The notes under the pieces: generated by a model
Told to the model about the DNA's origin: nothing
What the model saw: only the letters and a program-made list of their open reading frames with translations
Database searches by the model: none
Part shown: one piece after another, positions 8,239-15,544 of the stretch
Numbering within the stretch: position 1 is the stretch's first letter
Layout: every line of letters begins with the position of its first letter
Translations under genes and position numbers: made by a program
Origin: Planctomycetota bacterium
GTDB lineage: Bacteria > Planctomycetota > GCA-002687715 > DRQF01
Direction of reading: 5' to 3'
DNA length: 18,260 bases
NCBI GenBank assembly: GCA_027001995.1
Contig: JALTLO010000080.1
Span: 1-18,260 of the forward strand

Positions 8239-9615
8239 ATGACCAGCCCCGCTGGTATTGACCAAGAATCTGAGATGAGTTTTGGCGATCATCTTGAGGA
8301 GTTGCGTTCTCGGATGATCCGCGCCGTCTTATCGACTTTGGGCGGATTTCTGATCATTTTCACTTGGCATGAGGAAGTCTTGCGTTTCGTTGTGGCTCCT
8401 TACGCTGATATTGCCCATGGTTTGGGCATGAACAGTGTCTTGAACGTTCTTGGGCCAACAGACGCTTTCTTTGCCTACATGAAGGTCTCGTTGATTGTCT
8501 CGCTCTTGGCATCGGCTCCCATTTGGATGTGGCAATTCTGGGCCTTCATCGGGGCTGGGCTTTATTCCCACGAGAAGAAGGCGGTTTACAAGTTTGCTCC
8601 TCCCATGATCTTTTTGTTCGCTGCGGGAGTGAGTTTTGGTTACTTCATCCTCATCCCCATCGGCTTGCGTTATCTCCTTTCATTTGCCGATCCCTCCGTA
8701 TTGCAGAACTGGATCGGACTCTCCGAATACCTGAGCCTTTTCACCACTTTGACTTTGGTTCTGGGCATTACCTTTCAATTGCCAGTGATCATGGCCCTCC
8801 TCACGAAAGTGGGGCTGATGACGCCCCCGAGTTTCCGCGATAAGAGACGCTACTTCATCTTGGGGGCATTCTTTTTTGGGGCTCTGTTGACGCCACCGGA
8901 TGCCGTGACTCAAATCCTCTTGGCTCTGCCATTGGTCTTTCTCTTTGAACTTGGGATTTCTTGTTCCTGGTTGGTGCAGGGGGAAGGGCGGGAGCCCATT
9001 GACTGGGCCCGCTGGAAAAAACGAGGTTTGGCTGTGGTTGTTATTCTCATCACGTTGGTGGTATTCGGCGACAAGATCATCAGCTCATATCGGGAGCGGC
9101 TGGTGAGCCAGAATATCCGCGTGTTCGACGATGGGCGCACGGAAGGCCTTCCCTATTTTGAGTTGCTGGAAGGTTGCAAGGATTTTCTTGGGTACAAACC
9201 TGATCGTCTCTACGTGATTCGGGCTGAAGATGATGTGGAAACTGTGGTGGTCGGTGACGGGGAACGCAGCAATATTCTCTTGTTTCAGTATCAAGATGAT
9301 CGCGTGACCCAGATGTCATTGACCAAGAACGATGCTCGTTTCTTGGTGAATACCAATGCCCGCAGTGTTCACATTCAGGAGCTCGGCGAGAAGCCCGGTA
9401 AGGACTTCTTGGGGCCTTTTATGTTGGCCTTAGAAAACGCACCGGCAAGCGCCTTAGGGAACTTGGAATCGTTGCTGTTTGGATTGGTTAAGAAACGTCC
9501 AACAGGTGCTCGCCCTTTGGTGGCTGATGACGACGACAGTGCAAAAGATGAAGTGCGGGATGTTTGGCTGACTTGGTGGGACAGGGAAGGTCGTCGTTGG
9601 GTCTATCGACCTTAG
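8239..9615 (+). CDS. tatC: Twin-arginine translocase subunit TatC with an extra TM helix and ~180-aa C-terminal domain
   Basis: MSFGDHLEELRSR, PTDAFFAYMKVSL, QFWAFIGAGLYSHEKK, GITFQLPV, RRYFIL, LLTPPDAVTQILLALPLVFLFELGI. The TatC core ends near aa 246 and the ORF continues to 458 aa. Confidence 0.93.
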   Translation: MTSPAGIDQESEMSFGDHLEELRSRMIRAVLSTLGGFLIIFTWHEEVLRFVVAPYADIAHGLGMNSVLNVLGPTDAFFAYMKVSLIVSLLASAPIWMWQFWAFIGAGLYSHEKKAVYKFAPPMIFLFAAGVSFGYFILIPIGLRYLLSFADPSVLQNWIGLSEYLSLFTTLTLVLGITFQLPVIMALLTKVGLMTPPSFRDKRRYFILGAFFFGALLTPPDAVTQILLALPLVFLFELGISCSWLVQGEGREPIDWARWKKRGLAVVVILITLVVFGDKIISSYRERLVSQNIRVFDDGRTEGLPYFELLEGCKDFLGYKPDRLYVIRAEDDVETVVVGDGERSNILLFQYQDDRVTQMSLTKNDARFLVNTNARSVHIQELGEKPGKDFLGPFMLALENAPASALGNLESLLFGLVKKRPTGARPLVADDDDSAKDEVRDVWLTWWDREGRRWVYRP

Positions 9616-9712
9616 GATGATTCTTTTATGACCTTGAAGCTCCCGCAGGGGGTTGCCTTGTGCCAAGAAGAAAACGAACTGGAAGCTATTGAGCACATGA
9701 GGGCCGGCGCAA

Positions 9713-10942
9713 ATGCGTTTTTCGATCATATTGAGTGGTGATGAGCTGACTGAGGGCCGCCTTCAAGATGGCAACGGAGCGTTTCTGGCAAGCCGTCTTC
9801 ATGCTTTGGGTTTTGAGGCTGGGGGCATGATGATCGTGGGGGATGATCGCGGGGAATTAGCCGCCACCATGAAGAATGCCCTGGAAAGAAACGATGTGGT
9901 TGTTTGCTCTGGAGGTTTGGGTGGCACAGAGGACGACTTAACTCGCTTCGCTCTTGCTGATGTCTTGGATAGCCCACTGGAACTCAAACCTGAGGCCATT
10001 GAGGCTCTCAAGAACTTTTGGTCCCGTCTCAATCGACCCATGCCATCTGATAGCCATGTTGAAGCCATGATGCCCCAATGTGCTGTCATGGTGCCCAACG
10101 GAGCTGGGTTGGCTCCAGGGATTTTCGCCTCTTGGGGCGAGAGCCAGATTTTGTGCCTTCCAGGAGTCCCAAGCGAATTGCGCCACATGGTCGAAGACGG
10201 TGTTCTCAGTCGATTCTCCAAGACAGGCTCTTTTGTGGCATCAGCTTGTTTGCGGGTGGTTGGATTGAGGGAGCCTTTGATCGCTGAAAGGCTTGGTGCC
10301 ATGATGGATCGGGGCCGAAACCCCCTTTGTGGCATCGCTGCCCAACAAGGAGAAGTCCTGGTGAGCTTGCGTTGCCGTGGGGCAGATTTGGCCCAAGCCC
10401 AGGCCCTCATCGATCAGGATGTGGAAATCATCAAAGCGTCTTTGGGTAGTCATCTCTACAGCAGCGACGGGCGGGGGCAAGTTCAGATGATCGTCGATTT
10501 CCTCCAAGAAAAGGGAAAGACCTTGGTGGTGGCTGAATCTCTCACTGGAGGTTTGCTTGGTCACCAACTCACGGCTTTGAGCGGTGTTTCATCGGTATTT
10601 CTTGGGGATTTTGTCACCTACGCCAACGAAGCTAAGACGAATTTGCTGGGGGTGGAAGCTGAGCTTATTGGTGCCCATGGTGCGGTGAGTGAGGAAGTTG
10701 CCCTGGCCATGGCTCAAGGTGCTTGCTTACGGGGGCAGGCTGATTTTGCTGTGGCCACAACGGGGATTGCAGGGCCAACGGGTGGCTCGGATGAAAAGCC
10801 TGTGGGGCTTTGTTGGGTGGCGGTGGCAGATTCGTCCGGACGAACCCAAGCAGAAAAGAAGATTCATGGGGGCTCTCGGTCCGAGGTGAAGGGGCGAGCT
10901 GCCATGCATGCATTTGATCTTTTGCGCCGATTCTTGCAGTGA
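9713..10942 (+). CDS. cinA: CinA-family protein (MoCF-biosynthesis-like N domain fused to PncC NMN deamidase)
   Basis: GDELTEG...DGNG, SGGLGGTEDDLT, GLAPG, LPGVPSE; C-terminal AESLTGG, VTYANEAK, HGAVSEEVA, TTGIAGPTGG, KPVG. Confidence 0.93.
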   Translation: MRFSIILSGDELTEGRLQDGNGAFLASRLHALGFEAGGMMIVGDDRGELAATMKNALERNDVVVCSGGLGGTEDDLTRFALADVLDSPLELKPEAIEALKNFWSRLNRPMPSDSHVEAMMPQCAVMVPNGAGLAPGIFASWGESQILCLPGVPSELRHMVEDGVLSRFSKTGSFVASACLRVVGLREPLIAERLGAMMDRGRNPLCGIAAQQGEVLVSLRCRGADLAQAQALIDQDVEIIKASLGSHLYSSDGRGQVQMIVDFLQEKGKTLVVAESLTGGLLGHQLTALSGVSSVFLGDFVTYANEAKTNLLGVEAELIGAHGAVSEEVALAMAQGACLRGQADFAVATTGIAGPTGGSDEKPVGLCWVAVADSSGRTQAEKKIHGGSRSEVKGRAAMHAFDLLRRFLQ

Positions 10943-11020
10943 GTCCTGGGTTGGACTCAGAAATTCTGCCGGTTGAACCCATTCAAATCGCTTCACAAGC
11001 ACGATTTACTGAAGAAGGGC

Positions 11021-11049
11021 TTGACCGAGCCCATCGGTCGAGTTATCAA
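11021..11049 (+). promoter_or_regulatory. Putative sigma70 promoter for the tRNA-Gln pair
   Basis: TTGACC-N17-TATCAA ending 10 nt before the first tRNA. Confidence 0.5.
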
Positions 11050-11059
11050 CATGCCCTCG

Positions 11060-11131
11060 TGCCCGGTGGTGTAATCGGTAACACTAGCGGTTTTGATCCG
11101 CTCATTCCAGGTTCAAGTCCTGGCCGGGCAA
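11060..11131 (+). tRNA. tRNA-Gln (TTG), CCA not encoded
   Basis: Acceptor TGCCCGG/CCGGGCA; D-arm GTG-TAATCGGTAA-CAC; anticodon arm AGCGG-TT TTG AT-CCGCT; T-arm CCAGG-TTCAAGT-CCTGG. Confidence 0.97.
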
Positions 11132-11230
11132 CTTGTTAGAATCTTAGGGGCAAGGGCCCCGATTAAGCCTTTTGGCATTGCGGTGGCCATAATCCAGGGA
11201 GCTGGCTCCCTGGCCCTAATGCCCAAGCAC

Positions 11231-11302
11231 TACCCGATGGTGTAATTGGTAACACAAGAGATTCTGATTCTCTCATTCTAGGTTCAAGTCCTAGTCGGGT
11301 AA
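11231..11302 (+). tRNA. tRNA-Gln (CTG), CCA not encoded
   Basis: Acceptor TACCCGA/TCGGGTA; D-arm GTG-TAATTGGTAA-CAC; anticodon arm AGAGA-TT CTG AT-TCTCT; T-arm CTAGG-TTCAAGT-CCTAG. Confidence 0.97.
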
Positions 11303-11306
11303 CTTG

Positions 11307-11344
11307 GCGAACTTTCCCAGATTCCGGAAAGTTCGCTTTTTTTT
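11307..11344 (+). terminator. Intrinsic terminator after the tRNA pair
   Basis: Perfect 11-bp stem GCGAACTTTCC/GGAAAGTTCGC followed by T8. Confidence 0.92.
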
Positions 11345-11375
11345 GTCCTTGGAATACGCCATCGCCTTGGAATCA

Positions 11376-11403
11376 TTGAAACAACGCCTCTCCCCGCTAC
11401 AAT
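11376..11403 (+). promoter_or_regulatory. Putative sigma70 promoter for the glmU-rplY-pth cluster
   Basis: TTGAAA-N16-TACAAT about 50 nt upstream of the glmU ATG. Confidence 0.6.
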
Positions 11404-11454
11404 GCCCGGCTTAACTGCTTGAATTGTTGAATTCGTTTTGAGTGAAAACACTGA

Positions 11455-12741
11455 ATGGCCCGTGATCTTGACATCCTGATTCTTGCTGCTGGTCGCGGTA
11501 CCCGCATGAAAAGTGACTTACCCAAGGTCTTGCATGGCCTTCACGGGCAGCCTCTTATTCATCACGTGGTCGAAGAAGCTCAGCAACTTGATCCTCGAGA
11601 AATCGGATTGATCGTCGGTCATGGCCGTGAGCTGGTGAAGGCAGCCATGAAGGCAATGGATGTTTCCTTTGTGGTGCAGAAGGACCAGAAGGGCACGGGG
11701 CATGCGATCCGCTGCTCTTCCAGGCGTTTCTCCGGGCGCAAAGGCCACGTGATGGTCCTTTCCGGGGACGTTCCCTTGCTGCGGGCTTCAACCATCAAGA
11801 AATTCTATGACCGCCACAAGAAATCCAGGGCCGCTGCCAGCGTGATCACGGCGACATTGGAGCATCCAGGGAGCTTGGGGCGTATTGTTCGAGATGGCCG
11901 GGGGCGCTTGCAGCGTATCGTCGAAGCCCGGGACGCGGATTTCGCTGAGTTAGCAATTCGCGAGATCAATTCAGGTATCTATATCTTCAGCAATCAAGCC
12001 CTCTACGAAGGGCTGCGTAAGATTCGCCCCAACAAGAATTCTGGCGAGCTCTATCTCACGGATGTCATCAAGGATTTGGTGGCCGCAGGTAAGAAAGTAC
12101 AGGCCATTGCCATCAACGATCCCACGGAAGCCATGGGCATCAACACCCGTAGCGATCTTGATGCAGCGCAGGCAGCCTTGCGGAATCGGATCGCCATGGA
12201 ACACGCTGCTCGGGGGGTTGAATTGGTCGATCCGTCGTCAACCTTTGTCAGCAAAGGAGTTACGATCGGTCCAGGGACTGTTGTTTGGCCCTTTTCCGTC
12301 ATCATGAGCGGTGTTAACATCGGCGCCCGATGCTCGATAGGGCCCTTTGCCCATCTGCGTCCGGGAACGGTCCTCGAAGATGATGCCGCCATTGGTAACT
12401 TTGTCGAGGTCAAGAATTCCACTGTGGGTGAAGGCTCCTTAGCGCTTCATCTCAGTTACTTGGGTGACACGACCATTGGCCGTGGCGTAAACATCGGAGC
12501 TGGCGTTATTACCGCCAACTTTGATGGCAAAGCCAAGCATGAAACCCGAATCCGTGACGGTGCATTCGTCGGGAGTGGGGCTGTGCTTGTTGCTCCTGTT
12601 GAAGTGGGTGAAAAGGCCGTCGTTGCAGCAGGAGCTGTGGTCACGGCCAAGAAAAATGTCGAAGCGGGGCAATGTGTTGCTGGAGTGCCAGCAAAACCGT
12701 TGCCAGTAAAGAAGCGCAAGGCGCGCAAGAAAAAGAAATAA
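11455..12741 (+). CDS. glmU: Bifunctional UDP-GlcNAc pyrophosphorylase / GlcN-1-P acetyltransferase
   Basis: ILAAGRGTRMKSDLPKVLH, QKGTGHA, GDVPLL, GRIVRD, EINSGIY, ELYLTD, IGPFAHLRP, IGNFVEVKNS, HLSYLGD, NIGAGVITANFDG, LVAPV. Confidence 0.95.
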   Translation: MARDLDILILAAGRGTRMKSDLPKVLHGLHGQPLIHHVVEEAQQLDPREIGLIVGHGRELVKAAMKAMDVSFVVQKDQKGTGHAIRCSSRRFSGRKGHVMVLSGDVPLLRASTIKKFYDRHKKSRAAASVITATLEHPGSLGRIVRDGRGRLQRIVEARDADFAELAIREINSGIYIFSNQALYEGLRKIRPNKNSGELYLTDVIKDLVAAGKKVQAIAINDPTEAMGINTRSDLDAAQAALRNRIAMEHAARGVELVDPSSTFVSKGVTIGPGTVVWPFSVIMSGVNIGARCSIGPFAHLRPGTVLEDDAAIGNFVEVKNSTVGEGSLALHLSYLGDTTIGRGVNIGAGVITANFDGKAKHETRIRDGAFVGSGAVLVAPVEVGEKAVVAAGAVVTAKKNVEAGQCVAGVPAKPLPVKKRKARKKKK

Positions 12742-12805
12742 CGGTCTTCCTTTGAGGAAGACGAAAGAATGACCCTTTAGGGTTTCGGACGGACAAGGAT
12801 AGGAC

Positions 12806-13438
12806 ATGGAAACCGCAAAGCTCGAAGTTTTCGATCGCAACGAACGAGGAACAGCAGCAGCCCGTAGGCTCCGTTTGGCAGGCGAATTTCCTGTCAACCT
12901 TTACGGACTGGGCCGGGAACCACGTGCCATGAAAGCATCGGATCAATCGTTCGATCGCATTCTGGACATGGGCGTTCGTATTGTTGAGTTACTTCAAGAA
13001 GACAAGAAGCAGGTCGTTCTAATCAAAGACGTGCAGTTCGACGCCTTGGGTAGCAAGATTCTTCACGCTGATTTCATGAGAATCGATAGCGACAAGGTTG
13101 TTCATGTGAACGTTCCCGTTGTCTTCATCGGTTTGGCGCCATCGGTCACTGACAGTGTTGTGGACCGAGTCCGGGATCATGTCCAAATTGAGGTCTTGCC
13201 TTTGGAGATCCCTCGGGAGTTCGTGGTTAACTTGAGCAAGTTGGAAGTTGGTTCTTCTTTCACTGTTTCTGATCTCGAATTGCCAGCCAGCTGCAAGTTG
13301 TTTGATCACCATGATGATGACGTCATCGCTGTCAATCACATCAAGTCTTCGGAAGAAGAAGCTGATGCCGCAGATGGAGATGAAAGTGTTGAGCCTGAAG
13401 TCATTGGCGCTAAGCCCGATGACGGAGCTGAAGACTGA
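12806..13438 (+). CDS. rplY: 50S ribosomal protein bL25 / CTC (long form)
   Basis: GTAAARRLRLAGEFPVNLYG, VLIKDVQFD...ILHADF, VNVPVVFIG, PLEIP, LEVGSSFTVSDLELP, acidic tail with EPEVI. Confidence 0.95.
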   Translation: METAKLEVFDRNERGTAAARRLRLAGEFPVNLYGLGREPRAMKASDQSFDRILDMGVRIVELLQEDKKQVVLIKDVQFDALGSKILHADFMRIDSDKVVHVNVPVVFIGLAPSVTDSVVDRVRDHVQIEVLPLEIPREFVVNLSKLEVGSSFTVSDLELPASCKLFDHHDDDVIAVNHIKSSEEEADAADGDESVEPEVIGAKPDDGAED

Positions 13439-13452
13439 AATCGGTCAGGCCG

Positions 13453-13995
13453 GTGATTCTCGCAATTGGGAATCCTGGTGCTGAATACGCCGGGACACGT
13501 CACAACGTCGGTTTCGATGTGGTTGACTTGTTGGCTCGGCGTCATGAAAAGAGCTTTCGCAAAGCTCATGCTCTTTTCATGGAGGTAGAACTTTTAGGGG
13601 GGAGGCTGATAAAACCTCTCACCTATGTCAATCGTTCGGGGCAGGTCTTGGATCTGCTTCAAAACGAAGGACTGAGTCTTGAAGATCTCTTGGTTGTTGT
13701 CGATGACCTCAACTTAGATGTGGGACGCATGAGAATCCGAGCAAAAGGCTCGGATGGTGGCCACAATGGTCTGAAAGATGTTGCGCGGGCTCTTGGTTCT
13801 CGCGACTATACTCGTCTTCGTGTTGGTGTAAGCCGGCATGGTGGTGAGGGAATGAAAGAACACGTCTTGGGTGTCTTCGATGAATCGGAGGCTCTTGAGA
13901 TTAAGGGTGTGGTTCGACGCGCCGCAGATGCTGTTGAGAGTTTTCTCAGCGGTGAAAGGGCGCAAGCGCTCATGAGAAATTGGAATGGTGCGTGA
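13453..13995 (+). CDS. pth: Peptidyl-tRNA hydrolase
   Basis: IGNPGAEYAGTRHNVGF, KPLTYVNRSG, LVVVDDLNL, GSDGGHNGLK, RLRVGV, HVLG. The start is GTG 13453 or possibly CTG 13435. Confidence 0.96.
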   Translation: MILAIGNPGAEYAGTRHNVGFDVVDLLARRHEKSFRKAHALFMEVELLGGRLIKPLTYVNRSGQVLDLLQNEGLSLEDLLVVVDDLNLDVGRMRIRAKGSDGGHNGLKDVARALGSRDYTRLRVGVSRHGGEGMKEHVLGVFDESEALEIKGVVRRAADAVESFLSGERAQALMRNWNGA

Positions 13996-14057
13996 CCATT
14001 CCAAAGAGGGCGGCCAACACCGTCAAGAATTTGGACTTATTTGATCGGAGTAAGACC

Positions 14058-14525
14058 TTGAACAAGTACGAGGGCATGTTTCTCCTCGACCACGGCAAGG
14101 TGAAAAGCGAGCCGGAAAAAGGGATCGCTGAAGTCACGGCCATCCTTGAGAAACACGAGGGCAAGATTGCCCAAATCGGTAAGTGGGACGAGCGCAAGCT
14201 CGCCTACGAAATCAACAAGCAGAAGCGGGGCTCTTATATTCTCGTTCACTTTGAAGCACCTGGTGCTTCGATTGACGAAATCCGCCGGGACTGCCAGTTG
14301 AGTGAAATTGTATCGCGGGAATTGGTGCTTGCCATTGAGGGTGAGAAATTCCCTCCGTTCCAGACTGCACAGGAAATGGACGCTGCTCATGGAAGTCGTG
14401 ACTTCCGTGAAGGTGGTGGCCGTCCCCGTGGTGGGCCTGGTGGTGGCGGCGGCGGACCGCGCAGAGAAAAACGTGCCGAGCCAGCAGGTGCTACACCAGC
14501 AGCTGGCAACGATGGCGAGTCTTAA
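14058..14525 (+). CDS. rpsF: 30S ribosomal protein bS6 with Gly/Arg-rich tail
   Basis: KYEGMFLL, WDERKLAYEINKQKRGSY, LSEIVSRELV. The TTG at 14058 follows GGAG (14047-14050). The ORF-track start at 13980 overlaps pth and is unlikely. Confidence 0.94.
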   Translation: MNKYEGMFLLDHGKVKSEPEKGIAEVTAILEKHEGKIAQIGKWDERKLAYEINKQKRGSYILVHFEAPGASIDEIRRDCQLSEIVSRELVLAIEGEKFPPFQTAQEMDAAHGSRDFREGGGRPRGGPGGGGGGPRREKRAEPAGATPAAGNDGES

Positions 14526-14575
14526 ACAAGATTGTCGAGTGACAATCGCTAATAGAAGCGACTGAGGTTATAGCC

Positions 14576-14857
14576 ATGTCCAGGGCTGCCCAAATCAAGA
14601 AACGTAAGAACAAGTTTCGCAAATTTACCGAACGACGCACACGAGGATGTTGCCGTACTCAAGAAGACCTGAGTAAGGAAAACGAAAAGTGCAAGTTGAT
14701 CGACTACAAGTTCTTGGAACCACTTCAAAAAGTGGTGACGGGACAAGGTAAGTTGTTCTCTCGCAAGCGTTCGGGCTACTGCGCCAAGTGTCAAAAGATG
14801 GTCAAGCTCGCTGTGAAGCGCGCCCGCTACATGGGCCTCATGCCCTACGTAGGTTGA
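14576..14857 (+). CDS. rpsR: 30S ribosomal protein bS18
   Basis: IDYKFLEPLQKVVTGQGKLFSRKRSGYCAKCQKMVKLAVKRARYMGLMPY; GAGG SD. Confidence 0.96.
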   Translation: MSRAAQIKKRKNKFRKFTERRTRGCCRTQEDLSKENEKCKLIDYKFLEPLQKVVTGQGKLFSRKRSGYCAKCQKMVKLAVKRARYMGLMPYVG

Positions 14858-14873
14858 AAGGAACACCTGAGTC

Positions 14874-15464
14874 ATGAAACTCGTTCTGAACGAAAACATC
14901 CGTGGGCTTGGCAGCACTGGCGATGTCGTCACAGTCAAAGATGGCTACGGACGCAATTACTTGTTGCCCAAGAAGCTGGCGACTTATCCGACCGAAGGTA
15001 ACCTTCAGCGTTTGCGTAAAGCCCGTGAAGAGTACTTGGTTCGCGAGTCTGACCACATCGATGCGGCTCGCTTGATCGCAGCCAAGGTTGCTGAAAAGCT
15101 CGAAGGCGCTGAGCTCACCGTAGCCATGAAAGCCAACGATGCTGGCCAATTGTTTGGCTCGGTGACTGAGGCCATTCTTGCAGCGAATCTCGGTGGGTTG
15201 ATCGAAGTTGAATTGCATGAAAAGCAAATCATCATGGGCAGCCATTGGAAGCGCATTGGCGAGTACGTCGCAGTCGTCCGCCTTCACTCGGAAGTCGAAG
15301 TCGAATTTCCAGTGCATGTCATTGCTGAGGCACCAACGCCAGAAGTCGTCGCCGAAGAGGTCGATGAGAGCGAGGAAGCTGCTGAAGGCGATGATGCCGA
15401 AGTGAGCGAAGACGCCGAAGCGGTCACTGCTGAAGCCAGCGAAGAAGAAAAGACCGAAGACTAA
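14874..15464 (+). CDS. rplI: 50S ribosomal protein bL9 with acidic tail
   Basis: MKLVLNENIRGLGSTGDVVTVKDGYGRNYLLPKKLA, GQLFGSVT, KRIGEYVAVVRLHSEV. Confidence 0.97.
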   Translation: MKLVLNENIRGLGSTGDVVTVKDGYGRNYLLPKKLATYPTEGNLQRLRKAREEYLVRESDHIDAARLIAAKVAEKLEGAELTVAMKANDAGQLFGSVTEAILAANLGGLIEVELHEKQIIMGSHWKRIGEYVAVVRLHSEVEVEFPVHVIAEAPTPEVVAEEVDESEEAAEGDDAEVSEDAEAVTAEASEEEKTED

Positions 15465-15485
15465 GTCTCGGACTTGAGGGAATTA

Positions 15486-15525
15486 AAAACACCTGCACTC
15501 ACACATGTGTGAGTGCAGGTGTTTT
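15486..15525. terminator. Perfect 40-bp palindrome, likely a bidirectional terminator between rplI and the cysteine synthase gene
   Basis: AAAACACCTGCACTCACACA|TGTGTGAGTGCAGGTGTTTT, lying between convergent stop codons with A/T tracts at both ends. Confidence 0.85.
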
Positions 15526-15544
15526 CTTCGTTGACCACCGGACA

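Noticed and set aside
10939..11139. 66-aa ORF after cinA
   Set aside because: It runs through the tRNA promoter and tRNA-Gln(TTG).
11060..11344. tRNA as an integration site for an island or prophage
   Set aside because: There is no integrase and no duplicated tRNA 3' end elsewhere in the window, and the flanking genes are housekeeping.
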